A stretch of 64,000 bases of DNA from Clostridia bacterium. GTDB taxonomy: Bacteria; Bacillota; Clostridia; Christensenellales; Pumilibacteraceae. The translations under genes and the position numbers were made by a program. The notes below the pieces were generated by a model. The model saw nothing but the letters and a program-made list of their open reading frames with translations, made no database searches and had not been told where the DNA came from. The DNA is taken from NCBI GenBank assembly GCA_017623455.1, contig JAGAPA010000012.1, forward strand, positions 982 through 64,981, written 5' to 3'. Each line of letters begins with the position of its first letter. The first letter of the stretch is position 1. Below are positions 20,555 through 30,095 of this stretch, one piece after another.

Positions 20555-20745
20555 ATACGCCTCCGTTGTTTACTTCATAATAACACAACTAGACCTAAAA
20601 ATCTATAACTAAATTGTTCAATTTTATCTATTCGCATTTACAATGCTTTATTTTAGTGGTATAATAGGACTATATTCTAAGTTTTTCGTTATACAGTTAA
20701 AAATTTAGCGATTTTATATGAATTTATTGTAAGCGAGGATAGTTT

Positions 20746-21100
20746 ATGTACATACTAAATTCAACCTCTCAAAACAATTATAATTTTCCCGCACGCTTTC
20801 ATTCCTCGTCAAATTATCACGAGCAAGAAAACATTAATCACGTGAAAGGCATGAGTTCATACCAAATTTTAGCAATAATAGATGGGAAAGACACGGTTGA
20901 ACACAATGGTAAAACTTTTCCATTACACAAAGGTTGCGCTTTCTTTACTGCGCCCTCTACACCCGTGAAATATACAAACGAGGGCGGATTAATAAGTATT
21001 TTGTTACGGCTAGGGGAAATGCTATAAACGAGATTTGCCAAACAAATAAAATTAATGTCAATTATAAAGTAAAACACGGTAAGTTAATACACTTACCGTG
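20746..21100 (+). pseudogene. Truncated and frameshifted remnant of an AraC regulator, paralogous to the gene at 30242-31024
   Basis: The 93-aa ORF aligns with residues 1-90 of the 30242 gene (MYILNST...SYQIL...EHNG...PL.KGCAFFTAP..P.KYTNE.GLISI). Similarity continues in another frame (NAINEICQTNK versus CAIQEICNKFE). It then runs into the terminator, and no HTH domain is present. Confidence 0.65.
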
Positions 21101-21104
21101 TTTT
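21071..21104. terminator. Bidirectional intrinsic terminator downstream of GH2-A
   Basis: Hairpin AAAACACGGTAAGT-TAATAC-ACTTACCGTGTTTT. Confidence 0.6.
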
Positions 21105-21150
21105 AATAAGACAAACTATACAATTTTGTATCGTTATTTCATAAAAAACT

Positions 21151-23562
21151 TTATTCTTCAGCAACGGCTTTAATATTAAACGTTGCGCCCGCAAGTTCGT
21201 TGTTATACACCGTCAAAGAGATTTTTCCTGCCTTTTTTGTACGGATTACGGCAAGCGCTCTGCCCTTAAACACGTGGCACTTGTTGCTTGTATAATCATC
21301 TTCGTTGCAAGGATTTGCACTATAGATTCCCAGAAGCTCTCCTCCCCAAACCTTACATTCAATCTCGCCTTCGTAGTCGGTACATACTCTGCCGTTTTTA
21401 TCGGTAACAGTAATATCCACGTAACAAAGATTTCTGTTGTCTGCCTTAATTGTTTTAAGCTCTGAGGAAAGGTTGATTTGCGAGGCTTTATCGCAGGTTT
21501 CAAGTTTGTAAGAAGCGCTAACGCTACCGTTTCTATAAGCAATAGCTTCTATATAACCTTTTATATAAACAGTTTCTAATGACGCAATAGCCTTTTTAGG
21601 CACACTTTCGCCTATCTTCTCACCGTTTACAAACCACTCTACCTTGTCAGCGCTTGTGTAAGTTTCTACCTTGATAGGTTTTCCCACATATTTATCGTCA
21701 TACGTCCAGCTCTCGTTTACGTCGTAAAAATGCCAATGCGTTCCCGAAAAACCTTCACCAAAATGCTCGGGGTGTGTGGTAAAAATTCTAATTTCCGTAT
21801 CTTTACCCCAAACAGCCTGTCTGAAGTATGATTGCGGACGGCGATTGCAACACATATCCAAGTCGCCCTGATAACAGCTTCTCCAGGGATAATACAAAGG
21901 TCTTATCTTTCCCACCTTTCCATCTCTTGCCCATTGAGCTAAGCCTGTTCCGACTTCTCCCATATTATCATAAGCAGTCCAAACAAAATCACCTAAAATA
22001 TAGTTTCTCTCATTGATTTTTTGCCAAGCATCATACGCATCAATGGCGTGAGTTTCGCTGCCCCAAATAGGCTTGTCGGGATAATAACTGTACTCATAAT
22101 CATAAGCCTCTATTTCGTAGTTTAATCCCGTAATATCCAAGGGCTTTTGAAAGCCTTTTGCGTTTTTAGTTAAGCCTTCCCATCTATTTTCCGACTTAAA
22201 TCGATTAAATCTCTCTTCTATATATTGTTTATAATCTTCAGGATCACTTTCTTCAGCAAGCGGCCATCTTGCAAACCCTTTTTGCATAGCAGACGTTACA
22301 AAGTTTTTATCGTCATATTTTCTAATCTCGTCAGACAATGCTTCCGACCACTCTGCCGTACCTTTAGTTCCGTTTATTTCAAATAATTCATTTCCAATAG
22401 AATAAGATATTACGCAAGGATGATTTCTATCTCGTAAAACCATATAAGAAACGTCCCTTATTGCCCAATCACTGAAAAACACGTTATAATCCCTAAAACA
22501 TCTTGCCGTTGTTTTATTCCACTTGTCAAACGCTTCATCCATTACAAGCATACCAAGTTTATCACAAACTTCCAAAAAGGCAAGCGATGGTGGGTTATGA
22601 GCACATCGTATTGCATTATATCCGGCATCTTTCAATCTTTTTATTTTTCTATACTCTGCATCAGGAAACGCGCTTGCACCCAAAACAGCGTGATCGTGAT
22701 GTACACATCCGCCGTAAAGTTTGATAAATTGTCCGTTAAGCAAAAGTCCGTTTTTAACGTCTGCCGTAACCGTTCGGATTCCAAACGCATTTTCACTCTC
22801 ATCTTCAACCTGACCGTTTATTACAATTTCGGTTTTAAGCGTATAAAGATTGGGGGTGTCCAAATCCCAGAGCTGTGCATTGTTTATGGTTATAACACGC
22901 TCAAATTGCTTTTTACTATTCCGTGTTACGGTAATAGCTTCGCTCTCGCTACGCACTTCCGCTCCGTCGTATAATACGGTAAACTTAATATCCGCTTTTG
23001 TGTCGATATCTGACGTTACTACATAACGCAACCTGACGTCAGCATTTCCGTTTTCTATCTTATTTGTAGCGATATACATATCTCTCGGCTCTATTCTAAC
23101 CTTGCCACCTTCCCACAAAAAGACGTCACGATATATTCCATTACCCGTATACCAACGAGTTGAAAAAGGTAAAGGACGAGTTTCGATAACAAGCTTATTT
23201 GTTCTGTTTTTAAGAACACAATCAGTAAGATCCACGAGATATGGCGTATATCCGTACGGATGCATACCCATAAAGTTTTCGTTAAAGGTTACGTACGTAA
23301 GCATATACGCTCCGTCAATATCCAAAACGTAATGCTTATTTTCTTCAAACGTAAGATACTTAACGTACTTTCCGTTTGTGTCGGGATAAAAACCGTTATT
23401 CCTATCCCCACTGTCATACGTTACTTCGTCACCTATATTGGCTTTACGCTTATGCTTAATCTGATAATCGTGGGGCAAATCAACCTCTTCGTATTTTTCA
23501 TACTCAAACCCCGGATTTGCATTGTAAAATTTCCAATCTTTAGAAATACATATTTTCTTCAT
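21151..23562 (-). CDS. Glycoside hydrolase family 2 protein (GH2-A), cytoplasmic
   Basis: N-terminus WKF...DLPHDYQI. TIM-barrel motifs are IRCAHNPPS and NHPCVISYSIGNE (acid/base Glu). No signal peptide. The RBS AGAGGG lies 22 nt after the activase stop. Confidence 0.85.
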   Translation of the reverse strand: MKKICISKDWKFYNANPGFEYEKYEEVDLPHDYQIKHKRKANIGDEVTYDSGDRNNGFYPDTNGKYVKYLTFEENKHYVLDIDGAYMLTYVTFNENFMGMHPYGYTPYLVDLTDCVLKNRTNKLVIETRPLPFSTRWYTGNGIYRDVFLWEGGKVRIEPRDMYIATNKIENGNADVRLRYVVTSDIDTKADIKFTVLYDGAEVRSESEAITVTRNSKKQFERVITINNAQLWDLDTPNLYTLKTEIVINGQVEDESENAFGIRTVTADVKNGLLLNGQFIKLYGGCVHHDHAVLGASAFPDAEYRKIKRLKDAGYNAIRCAHNPPSLAFLEVCDKLGMLVMDEAFDKWNKTTARCFRDYNVFFSDWAIRDVSYMVLRDRNHPCVISYSIGNELFEINGTKGTAEWSEALSDEIRKYDDKNFVTSAMQKGFARWPLAEESDPEDYKQYIEERFNRFKSENRWEGLTKNAKGFQKPLDITGLNYEIEAYDYEYSYYPDKPIWGSETHAIDAYDAWQKINERNYILGDFVWTAYDNMGEVGTGLAQWARDGKVGKIRPLYYPWRSCYQGDLDMCCNRRPQSYFRQAVWGKDTEIRIFTTHPEHFGEGFSGTHWHFYDVNESWTYDDKYVGKPIKVETYTSADKVEWFVNGEKIGESVPKKAIASLETVYIKGYIEAIAYRNGSVSASYKLETCDKASQINLSSELKTIKADNRNLCYVDITVTDKNGRVCTDYEGEIECKVWGGELLGIYSANPCNEDDYTSNKCHVFKGRALAVIRTKKAGKISLTVYNNELAGATFNIKAVAEE

Positions 23563-23584
23563 TTTTTTGCCCTCTATAATAAGA

Positions 23585-24472
23585 TTAACTTACTTTTATA
23601 TCAACAATTCTTCTAATAATCTCTACGGCTCTTTGTCTGTCTTCTTCCGTTGGAACAAGTTGAGGCAACGTGTTTTTAACACCTATCGCTTCATATTTTG
23701 ACGAGGCGTAATTGTGATACGCCAAAACTTTTATAGCAGTTACGTTTTTAAGCGACTTTATAAATTCTGCGATCTTTTCGATTTGATTATCATTATAAGC
23801 CGGAACGTACGGAATACGAATTTCAACCTTTGCTCCCATATCGTCTAAATATTTCAAATTCTCTAATATAGCTTTATTACTTACTCCTGTACACCTTTTA
23901 TGCACGTCTTCATCAAACGCTTTTACGTCGTATAAAAACGTATCCACATATGGAAGAACGCTGTCTATCGCAGTTTTGCTTACACATCCGCAAGTATCAA
24001 CAGCTGTATTTATTCCGTGTTCTTTAAGTTTTTTCAAAAGCTCGGTACAAAACTCGTACTGAAGTAAACACTCGCCTCCCGACAACGTTACTCCGCCGTT
24101 AGAGTCCTTATAAAAGTCAATATCTTGCAATAGAATTGGCAATAAGTCGTCCACGCTATACTCTTTGCCGTACAGCTTGATAGCATCAAAATAACATTCT
24201 TCCTCACACTTTCCGCACGCAATACAGTTTTCGCGAATAAAAACGTGTTTATCGTCTTTTATTGCGTGAGCGCCATTAGGGCAAACCCTTACACAGTTGC
24301 CACATTTCACGCACTTATGTTGATATATTGAAAGTTCGGACTGTTTTTTCAAACTTTCGGGGTTATGACACCACACGCAGGATAGCGGACAACCTTTGAA
24401 AAACACAGTTGTTCGCACTCCATCGCCATCGTGAACGGCAAACCTTTTAATTTCAAAAATATTTGCTTTCAT
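23585..24472 (-). CDS. Glycyl radical enzyme activating enzyme (radical SAM)
   Basis: CPLSCVWC is the CxxxCxxC cluster. There are two ferredoxin-like motifs, CVKCGNCVRVCP and CIACGKCEEEC, plus GGVTLSGGE. The gene lies 11 nt downstream of the GRE. Confidence 0.9.
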   Translation of the reverse strand: MKANIFEIKRFAVHDGDGVRTTVFFKGCPLSCVWCHNPESLKKQSELSIYQHKCVKCGNCVRVCPNGAHAIKDDKHVFIRENCIACGKCEEECYFDAIKLYGKEYSVDDLLPILLQDIDFYKDSNGGVTLSGGECLLQYEFCTELLKKLKEHGINTAVDTCGCVSKTAIDSVLPYVDTFLYDVKAFDEDVHKRCTGVSNKAILENLKYLDDMGAKVEIRIPYVPAYNDNQIEKIAEFIKSLKNVTAIKVLAYHNYASSKYEAIGVKNTLPQLVPTEEDRQRAVEIIRRIVDIKVS

Positions 24473-24483
24473 ACTCCACTCTC

Positions 24484-26715
24484 TTATATAAGCGCTTCAG
24501 CCTGTTTTATAAATCCTTCCTGCTCGTGAGGCGGAATATTGTTCCAAAGCACGTTCCAGCCTGCAACTCTTATTTGTAAGTCCGCATACTTTTCGGGATT
24601 CTTTTGTGCATCTCTTAAGGTTTCCGCATCAACTATGTTTATTTGCAAAGCATGACCGCCTCGATTAAAGTAGGTTTTAACTAAGCCGTACAACGCTTGC
24701 AACCCGTCATCACCCTTTACGGCAGAGGGAAGTACACCCAAATCCAAGCATACGTCACCCACGCAGTTCGTTGCATCAACCTTAGTAACGGTAAGAATTG
24801 CCGCGGTTGCTCCTTCCCTATTTTGTCCAACGCAAGGTGAGGAATTTTTTGCAAGCTCTTCGCCTTTAAGTCTGCCACTAGGAAGTGATGCCGTCTTTTT
24901 GCCCTGCTCGTAGTACTGTCTTGCCACGTGATACCCTGCGTTAAACCAGTATCCACCACGGTTTGACGCGTTTTTTCTGTGGTTAAGATAGCCACTTATG
25001 CTCTCATCGATATCCACTGCTAAGCTATCGGGAAAATCCTTGTTATTTCCGTATTTTTCCCTATCGTTTAATAGTTTTTGACGGAAAAGCTCGTGACCTT
25101 CGAAGTTGTTATCGATAATGCTTACAAATTCTTCAAGCGTGAGTTCTTTTCTGTCATACACGTACTTCTTTAGCATTGTAAGTGAATCCACAACGTCAGC
25201 AATAGCACCAAACATCATAAACGACGAGCACGAAACAGACTTTCTTGCTATAGCATCCAAGCCTTTTTCCAAGCAATCCGGTATTGTTGCGGAAAGCATT
25301 GGCAACGGATTAATTTCCGCAAGATAATCTTCGTAGCCGTTAACTATTTCTACCGTTTTGTCAATTAAGGCAAACAACTGTTTTTTATACTCGGCATACA
25401 AATCATCAAACGTTTTATACTCGTAGGGTGCCGGGCTTTTTTGTAGAATAAACGATTGGTCAATTCCGTCGTACCCACCGTGAAGAACAAATTCTAAAGG
25501 CTTTACAAGGTTAATATAATTCATTCCTGTTCCAAAGTCGCCCTGCTTAGCATACTCGTAACAGCCTTTTACGTCGCAAAGTCTTGCTTCTTCTTCCGTT
25601 ACGCCCAAATTCTTAATTAGCGACTGTCTGATTAGTTTATCACCGACAAGCACAAAGCTGTTTCTTCCACGCCTTATCATATCCAACACTTTAAGCATAA
25701 ACTTTTCGGGCGTAGACTCAGCAACTTTTATTTGAACTTTGGGGTTAAAAATTCCCATTTTGTCATATACGTCTACAAAAATATAGGAAAGTTCGTTGAT
25801 TACGCTACTTCCGTCTGCGTTTTCTCCACCAAGATATACGGGCTGTCCCCAATAGTTGCCAATAGCAGTGAATTGCAAGAAAAAGTAAGCAATCTCTTCT
25901 CTTATCTGCTCTTCGCTCACACCGTTTTCGATATCGTGCTTATAGAATTTGTAAAGTTGACGGTCAAAATTACACAACGAACGAACCTGCAGTCCTTCTA
26001 TATGCTCGCATATCATAAAATAGATATAAATCAAAAGTAAGGCTTCATAAAAAGTCTTGGGGGGATTTTGAGAAATATTGTCAAGAGCTACAGCCAATTT
26101 TTCAGAACCTTTAGTATTCTTTGCAAGTAAGCTCATACGCTTTACAATACCAATAATAGCTTCGTATTCTATTTTGATTGACTCGTAAAAAGCTTCTTTT
26201 TCTTCGCTAAGTTTGCCTTTTTGCTTGCGGATATTTTCACTATCGGCAAGTATTCCACTAAAACCAAGGTCAAATAGTCTATCCCAAATAGGAACGCTAT
26301 GATCGTAGTCAAGCCAAATTGTTGCAACGCCTTTTCTTTGAAGATTAATTCTCTCTGCATGATTTTCGGGAATTACGTTTTGCAAAATTTCGTTTCTCCA
26401 CATATCAGATAAGGTAACTCTCAGCAATCTATCCGTAGAATTGATTGCAGGAAAAATATCCCTACTGTCGCAAGAAATTCTTGTGTTTTTCAAAACAAAC
26501 TCAAGCCCCCTTGCTTTTCGTATGCAATGCGGTAAATGCTCGTACTTCTTGTCGTTTTCAAATATTCCCTGTTTTATATCGTCGCCGTTCATTCCCGTGT
26601 TTTCGTCAAAGATTTCATCTCTGCGAATATATCGCATAAATGGATCAAATGGCTTTTTTGTATCGTGATACTTATTAGAAATGTACTCGTAGTCAGCATC
26701 TTTTATATAAATCAT
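24484..26715 (-). CDS. Glycyl radical enzyme (GRE-A), pyruvate formate-lyase superfamily, substrate unknown
   Basis: The C-terminal glycyl loop is LQIRVAGWNVLW (Gly codon 24559-24561). The Cys loop is DVKGCYEY (Cys codon 25561-25563). Length is 743 aa, with a GGAGG RBS. Confidence 0.85.
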   Translation of the reverse strand: MIYIKDADYEYISNKYHDTKKPFDPFMRYIRRDEIFDENTGMNGDDIKQGIFENDKKYEHLPHCIRKARGLEFVLKNTRISCDSRDIFPAINSTDRLLRVTLSDMWRNEILQNVIPENHAERINLQRKGVATIWLDYDHSVPIWDRLFDLGFSGILADSENIRKQKGKLSEEKEAFYESIKIEYEAIIGIVKRMSLLAKNTKGSEKLAVALDNISQNPPKTFYEALLLIYIYFMICEHIEGLQVRSLCNFDRQLYKFYKHDIENGVSEEQIREEIAYFFLQFTAIGNYWGQPVYLGGENADGSSVINELSYIFVDVYDKMGIFNPKVQIKVAESTPEKFMLKVLDMIRRGRNSFVLVGDKLIRQSLIKNLGVTEEEARLCDVKGCYEYAKQGDFGTGMNYINLVKPLEFVLHGGYDGIDQSFILQKSPAPYEYKTFDDLYAEYKKQLFALIDKTVEIVNGYEDYLAEINPLPMLSATIPDCLEKGLDAIARKSVSCSSFMMFGAIADVVDSLTMLKKYVYDRKELTLEEFVSIIDNNFEGHELFRQKLLNDREKYGNNKDFPDSLAVDIDESISGYLNHRKNASNRGGYWFNAGYHVARQYYEQGKKTASLPSGRLKGEELAKNSSPCVGQNREGATAAILTVTKVDATNCVGDVCLDLGVLPSAVKGDDGLQALYGLVKTYFNRGGHALQINIVDAETLRDAQKNPEKYADLQIRVAGWNVLWNNIPPHEQEGFIKQAEALI

Positions 26716-26846
26716 AACAACCTCCGTTTGATTTTACGATTTTTTCTAATGAAATTATACGATATTACGAAAAAAAAGTAAATGATAAAAATAAAACACT
26801 TGACGAAAACAAAACAATATTATAAAATTATATAAGAGGTAATTTT

Positions 26847-27614
26847 ATGAAAAACAAATGGTCAAATATAATAATAACAGGCATAACGCTTGCTTTACAC
26901 GTATCTACAAACAGCGTTAAATATCACACAAACCGTCCTAATCACGGATTCGTTATCAACAATGAAACAAGCGAAAAAGATTACTACTTTTCGGACGGAA
27001 CGGTTATGCATACGGGTCCAAACGAAATTTTTTATCTTCCAAAAGGATCTACTTATTCTATTAAAGAGAACGAAAAAGGCACTTGCTACGCCATAAACTT
27101 TAACGCAGATATTGAAGATAAGCCGTTTTGTATAAAACTGAGGAACAACGAGGATTTGCTTAAGAACTTCAAAAGAGCTTGCGTTGAGTGGAAAAAACAA
27201 TCCGCTCTTAAAAACTCGTATGCCTTAAGAGCGGTTTATGACTTTATTATACAAGCAAGAAAAGAACTTGATAAGGATTATTTATCAAAAGAAAGCTTGG
27301 GAATTATTGCGCCGGCTGTGAACGTGATTACTACGGATTTTACAAACCCAAATCTTACGATTTCCTACCTTGCTTCTCTATGTAAAATAAGCGACGTTTA
27401 TTTTAGGAAAATCTTTATGAATAAATTTGGAATATCACCTAAAAACTATATAATTCAAAAGAGAATTGAGTATGCAAAGCAACTAATTGACAGCAAACAG
27501 TTTTCGATGTTAGAAGTCGCTCAATCGTGCGGATACGAAGAACAATGCCATTTCTCGCGCGAGTTTTCCAAGCGCGTGGGAATGTCGCCACAGGAATACA
27601 AAAAGCAAAATTAA
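26847..27614 (+). CDS. AraC family regulator (type 1), divergent from GRE-A
   Basis: AraC HTH tail ...VAQSCGYEEQCHFSREFSKRVGMSPQEYKK. RBS AAGAGG. It is a paralog of the gene at 33389. Confidence 0.85.
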   Translation: MKNKWSNIIITGITLALHVSTNSVKYHTNRPNHGFVINNETSEKDYYFSDGTVMHTGPNEIFYLPKGSTYSIKENEKGTCYAINFNADIEDKPFCIKLRNNEDLLKNFKRACVEWKKQSALKNSYALRAVYDFIIQARKELDKDYLSKESLGIIAPAVNVITTDFTNPNLTISYLASLCKISDVYFRKIFMNKFGISPKNYIIQKRIEYAKQLIDSKQFSMLEVAQSCGYEEQCHFSREFSKRVGMSPQEYKKQN

Positions 27615-27622
27615 AATACAAG

Positions 27623-27655
27623 AAAAGACGGTAAACCATTCAGTTTACCGTCTTT
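27623..27655. terminator. Bidirectional intrinsic terminator (homologous to 21071-21104)
   Basis: Hairpin AAAAGACGGTAAAC-CATTCA-GTTTACCGTCTTTT. Confidence 0.6.
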
Positions 27656-27701
27656 TAACAAAACAAACTATACAATTTTGTGTCGTTATTTCATAAAAAC
27701 C

Positions 27702-30095
27702 TTATTCTTCGTCAACGGCATTTATATTAAACGTTGCGCCCGCAAGCTCGTTGTTATAAACAGTTATAGAAAGATTTCCTGCCTTTTTAGTGCGAATTAC
27801 CGCAAGCGCACGACCTTTGAATACGTGACACTTATTACCTGTATAATCGTCCTCGTTACAGGGATTTGCGCTATGTATTCCAACAAGCTCTCCTCCCCAA
27901 ACCTTACACTCTATCTCGCCTTCGTAGTCGGTGCATAATCTGCCCTTACTGTCGGCAACTGTTATATCCACGTAACAAAGATTTCTGTTGTCTGCCTTAA
28001 TCGTTTTAAGCTCTGAGGAAAGATTAATTTGCGAAGCTTTATCGCAAGTTTCTAACCTATAAGACGAGTATGCCTCTCCACCTCTATACGTGACAGCTTC
28101 TATATAGCCTTTTTCGTAAACCGTTTCTATTGATGCAATATTTTTTTCAGGTACGCTTTCGCCAATCTTTTTGCCGTTTACAAACCATTCCACTTTTTCT
28201 GCACTTGTGTACGTTTCCGCCTTTATTGGTCTTCCCACGTACTTATCGTCATACGTCCAGCTCTCGTCAACGTCATAAAAATGCCAATGAGTTCCACTGA
28301 ATACTTCGCCAAAATGCTCGGGGTGCGTGGTGAAAATTCTGATTGGGGCGTTTTCTTCCCAGATAGACTGTCTGAAGTACGATTGGGGCTTACGGTTCAT
28401 ACACATATCCAAGTCGCCTTGATAACAGGTTCGCCAAGGATATTCGAACGTCCTAATTCCGGGAACGTATCCATCTCTGAGCCATGAACTTTTACCTGCG
28501 CCAACCTCTCCCATATTATCGAACGCCGTCCAGTTAAAGTCGCCCAAAACGTAATCGTTTTCCATAACCTCTTTCCAAGAGTCATACGCGTCTATCGAAA
28601 AGGTTTCGCTACCCCAAACAACTCTATTAGGATACATTTCGTGGTCTACGTGATAATTTTCATAGTTGTAATTAATTCCAATCAAATCCAGCGGTTTTTC
28701 GTATTCTTTACAAATCTCGTTGACCTCTGCGTAAGTTTTGTTATTAAGTTTGTTTTTTAGATATTGTCTATAATCGTCGGGATCTATTGATTCGGATTTT
28801 GGATTAGTTGCAAACCATTTCTGAACTCCTGACGTTACGGGTCTTGTTTCGTCGTGCTGTTTTACGTACTGAGTGAGAAGATTTGCATACTTTTCCGCAC
28901 CGTTCTGACCGTTAATTTCGGTAATCTCGTTTCCTATAGAGTAAGAGAACACGCAGGGGTGATTACGTTCGCGCTGTACCATATACGAAATATCTCGCTC
29001 GCACCATGCCTCGAAGAAAAGGTTATAATCCCTCGGTCTTTTTCTGAACTGCCAAGTATCGAATGCCTCGTCCATTACTATCATTCCAAGCCTGTCGCAA
29101 ACTTCTAAAAACGCTAACGAGGGTGGATTGTGGGCGCAACGCAAGGCATTTAAGCCTGCGTCTTTAAGTCTTTTAACCTTTCTATACTCCGCATCGGGGT
29201 ACGCCGCAGAGCCTAAAATTCCGTGGTCGTGGTGAATACATCCACCTTTGAGTTTAATTTGCTTACCGTTAAGCAATAGTCCGGTATTTACACCTATGCT
29301 GATAGTGCGGATTCCAAATGTGTTTTCGCTTTGATCTACAAGCTCGCCCTTTACGTAAATATCAGTTTTAAGTGTATAGAGGTTAGGGTTGTCCACGTCC
29401 CAAAGATGTGCGTCGTTTACTGTGATAATGTGCTCAAACTGCTCTTTTTTACCTTTTTTTACGGTTAAATTCAGCGATTTTGACAATACCTCGTTACCCT
29501 CGTACAAAACGGTAAACTTTACTTCAGCCTTTGTATTTTTATCCGAATTTATCCAATAGCGAAGTCTAACCTCGGCATCGTTTCCTTCAATCTTGTTGGT
29601 GGAAATAAACATATCCCAAGGCTCTATTCTAACCTTGCCGCCTTCCCACAAAAACACGTCGCGGTATATTCCGTTTCCACTATACCAACGCGTACTGTGC
29701 TCTAAAGGAAAGGTTTCTATTGCAAGTTTATTATTCATGCCTTTTAGTATAAAGGGCGTAAGATTAACAAGATAGGGCGTATATCCATAAGGATGTTTTC
29801 CAACCATATTATCGTTGAACGTAACGTACGTCATCATATACGCTCCGTCTATATCCAATATATAATTCTTATTTTCCTCAAAGGTAAGATACTTAACGTA
29901 CCTGCCAGGCGTGTCGGGATAATATCCGTTTCCACTATTACCACTATGTGGAGTCACCCAATCCCCCACGTTCGCCGTACGCTTTTGCTTTATTTGATAG
30001 TCGTGTGGTAAGTCTACGTCGACGTAATTCTTAAACGGACGACACAACTCTGTGCTTGAAAACTTCCAATCTTTAGAAATACACCTTTTCTTCAT
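27702..30095 (-). CDS. Glycoside hydrolase family 2 protein (GH2-B), cytoplasmic paralog of GH2-A
   Basis: It is collinear with GH2-A along its whole length. Motifs are LRCAHNPPS and NHPCVFSYSIGNE. RBS is GGAGGAG. Confidence 0.85.
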   Translation of the reverse strand: MKKRCISKDWKFSSTELCRPFKNYVDVDLPHDYQIKQKRTANVGDWVTPHSGNSGNGYYPDTPGRYVKYLTFEENKNYILDIDGAYMMTYVTFNDNMVGKHPYGYTPYLVNLTPFILKGMNNKLAIETFPLEHSTRWYSGNGIYRDVFLWEGGKVRIEPWDMFISTNKIEGNDAEVRLRYWINSDKNTKAEVKFTVLYEGNEVLSKSLNLTVKKGKKEQFEHIITVNDAHLWDVDNPNLYTLKTDIYVKGELVDQSENTFGIRTISIGVNTGLLLNGKQIKLKGGCIHHDHGILGSAAYPDAEYRKVKRLKDAGLNALRCAHNPPSLAFLEVCDRLGMIVMDEAFDTWQFRKRPRDYNLFFEAWCERDISYMVQRERNHPCVFSYSIGNEITEINGQNGAEKYANLLTQYVKQHDETRPVTSGVQKWFATNPKSESIDPDDYRQYLKNKLNNKTYAEVNEICKEYEKPLDLIGINYNYENYHVDHEMYPNRVVWGSETFSIDAYDSWKEVMENDYVLGDFNWTAFDNMGEVGAGKSSWLRDGYVPGIRTFEYPWRTCYQGDLDMCMNRKPQSYFRQSIWEENAPIRIFTTHPEHFGEVFSGTHWHFYDVDESWTYDDKYVGRPIKAETYTSAEKVEWFVNGKKIGESVPEKNIASIETVYEKGYIEAVTYRGGEAYSSYRLETCDKASQINLSSELKTIKADNRNLCYVDITVADSKGRLCTDYEGEIECKVWGGELVGIHSANPCNEDDYTGNKCHVFKGRALAVIRTKKAGNLSITVYNNELAGATFNINAVDEE

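Noticed and set aside
24484-26715. The possibility that the GREs are ordinary pyruvate formate-lyases.
   Set aside because: They lack the adjacent Cys-Cys of PFL, having G-C-Y-E instead. Their activase carries the extra ferredoxin-like clusters typical of non-PFL GRE activases. The genomic context is glycosidases and AraC regulators rather than fermentation genes.
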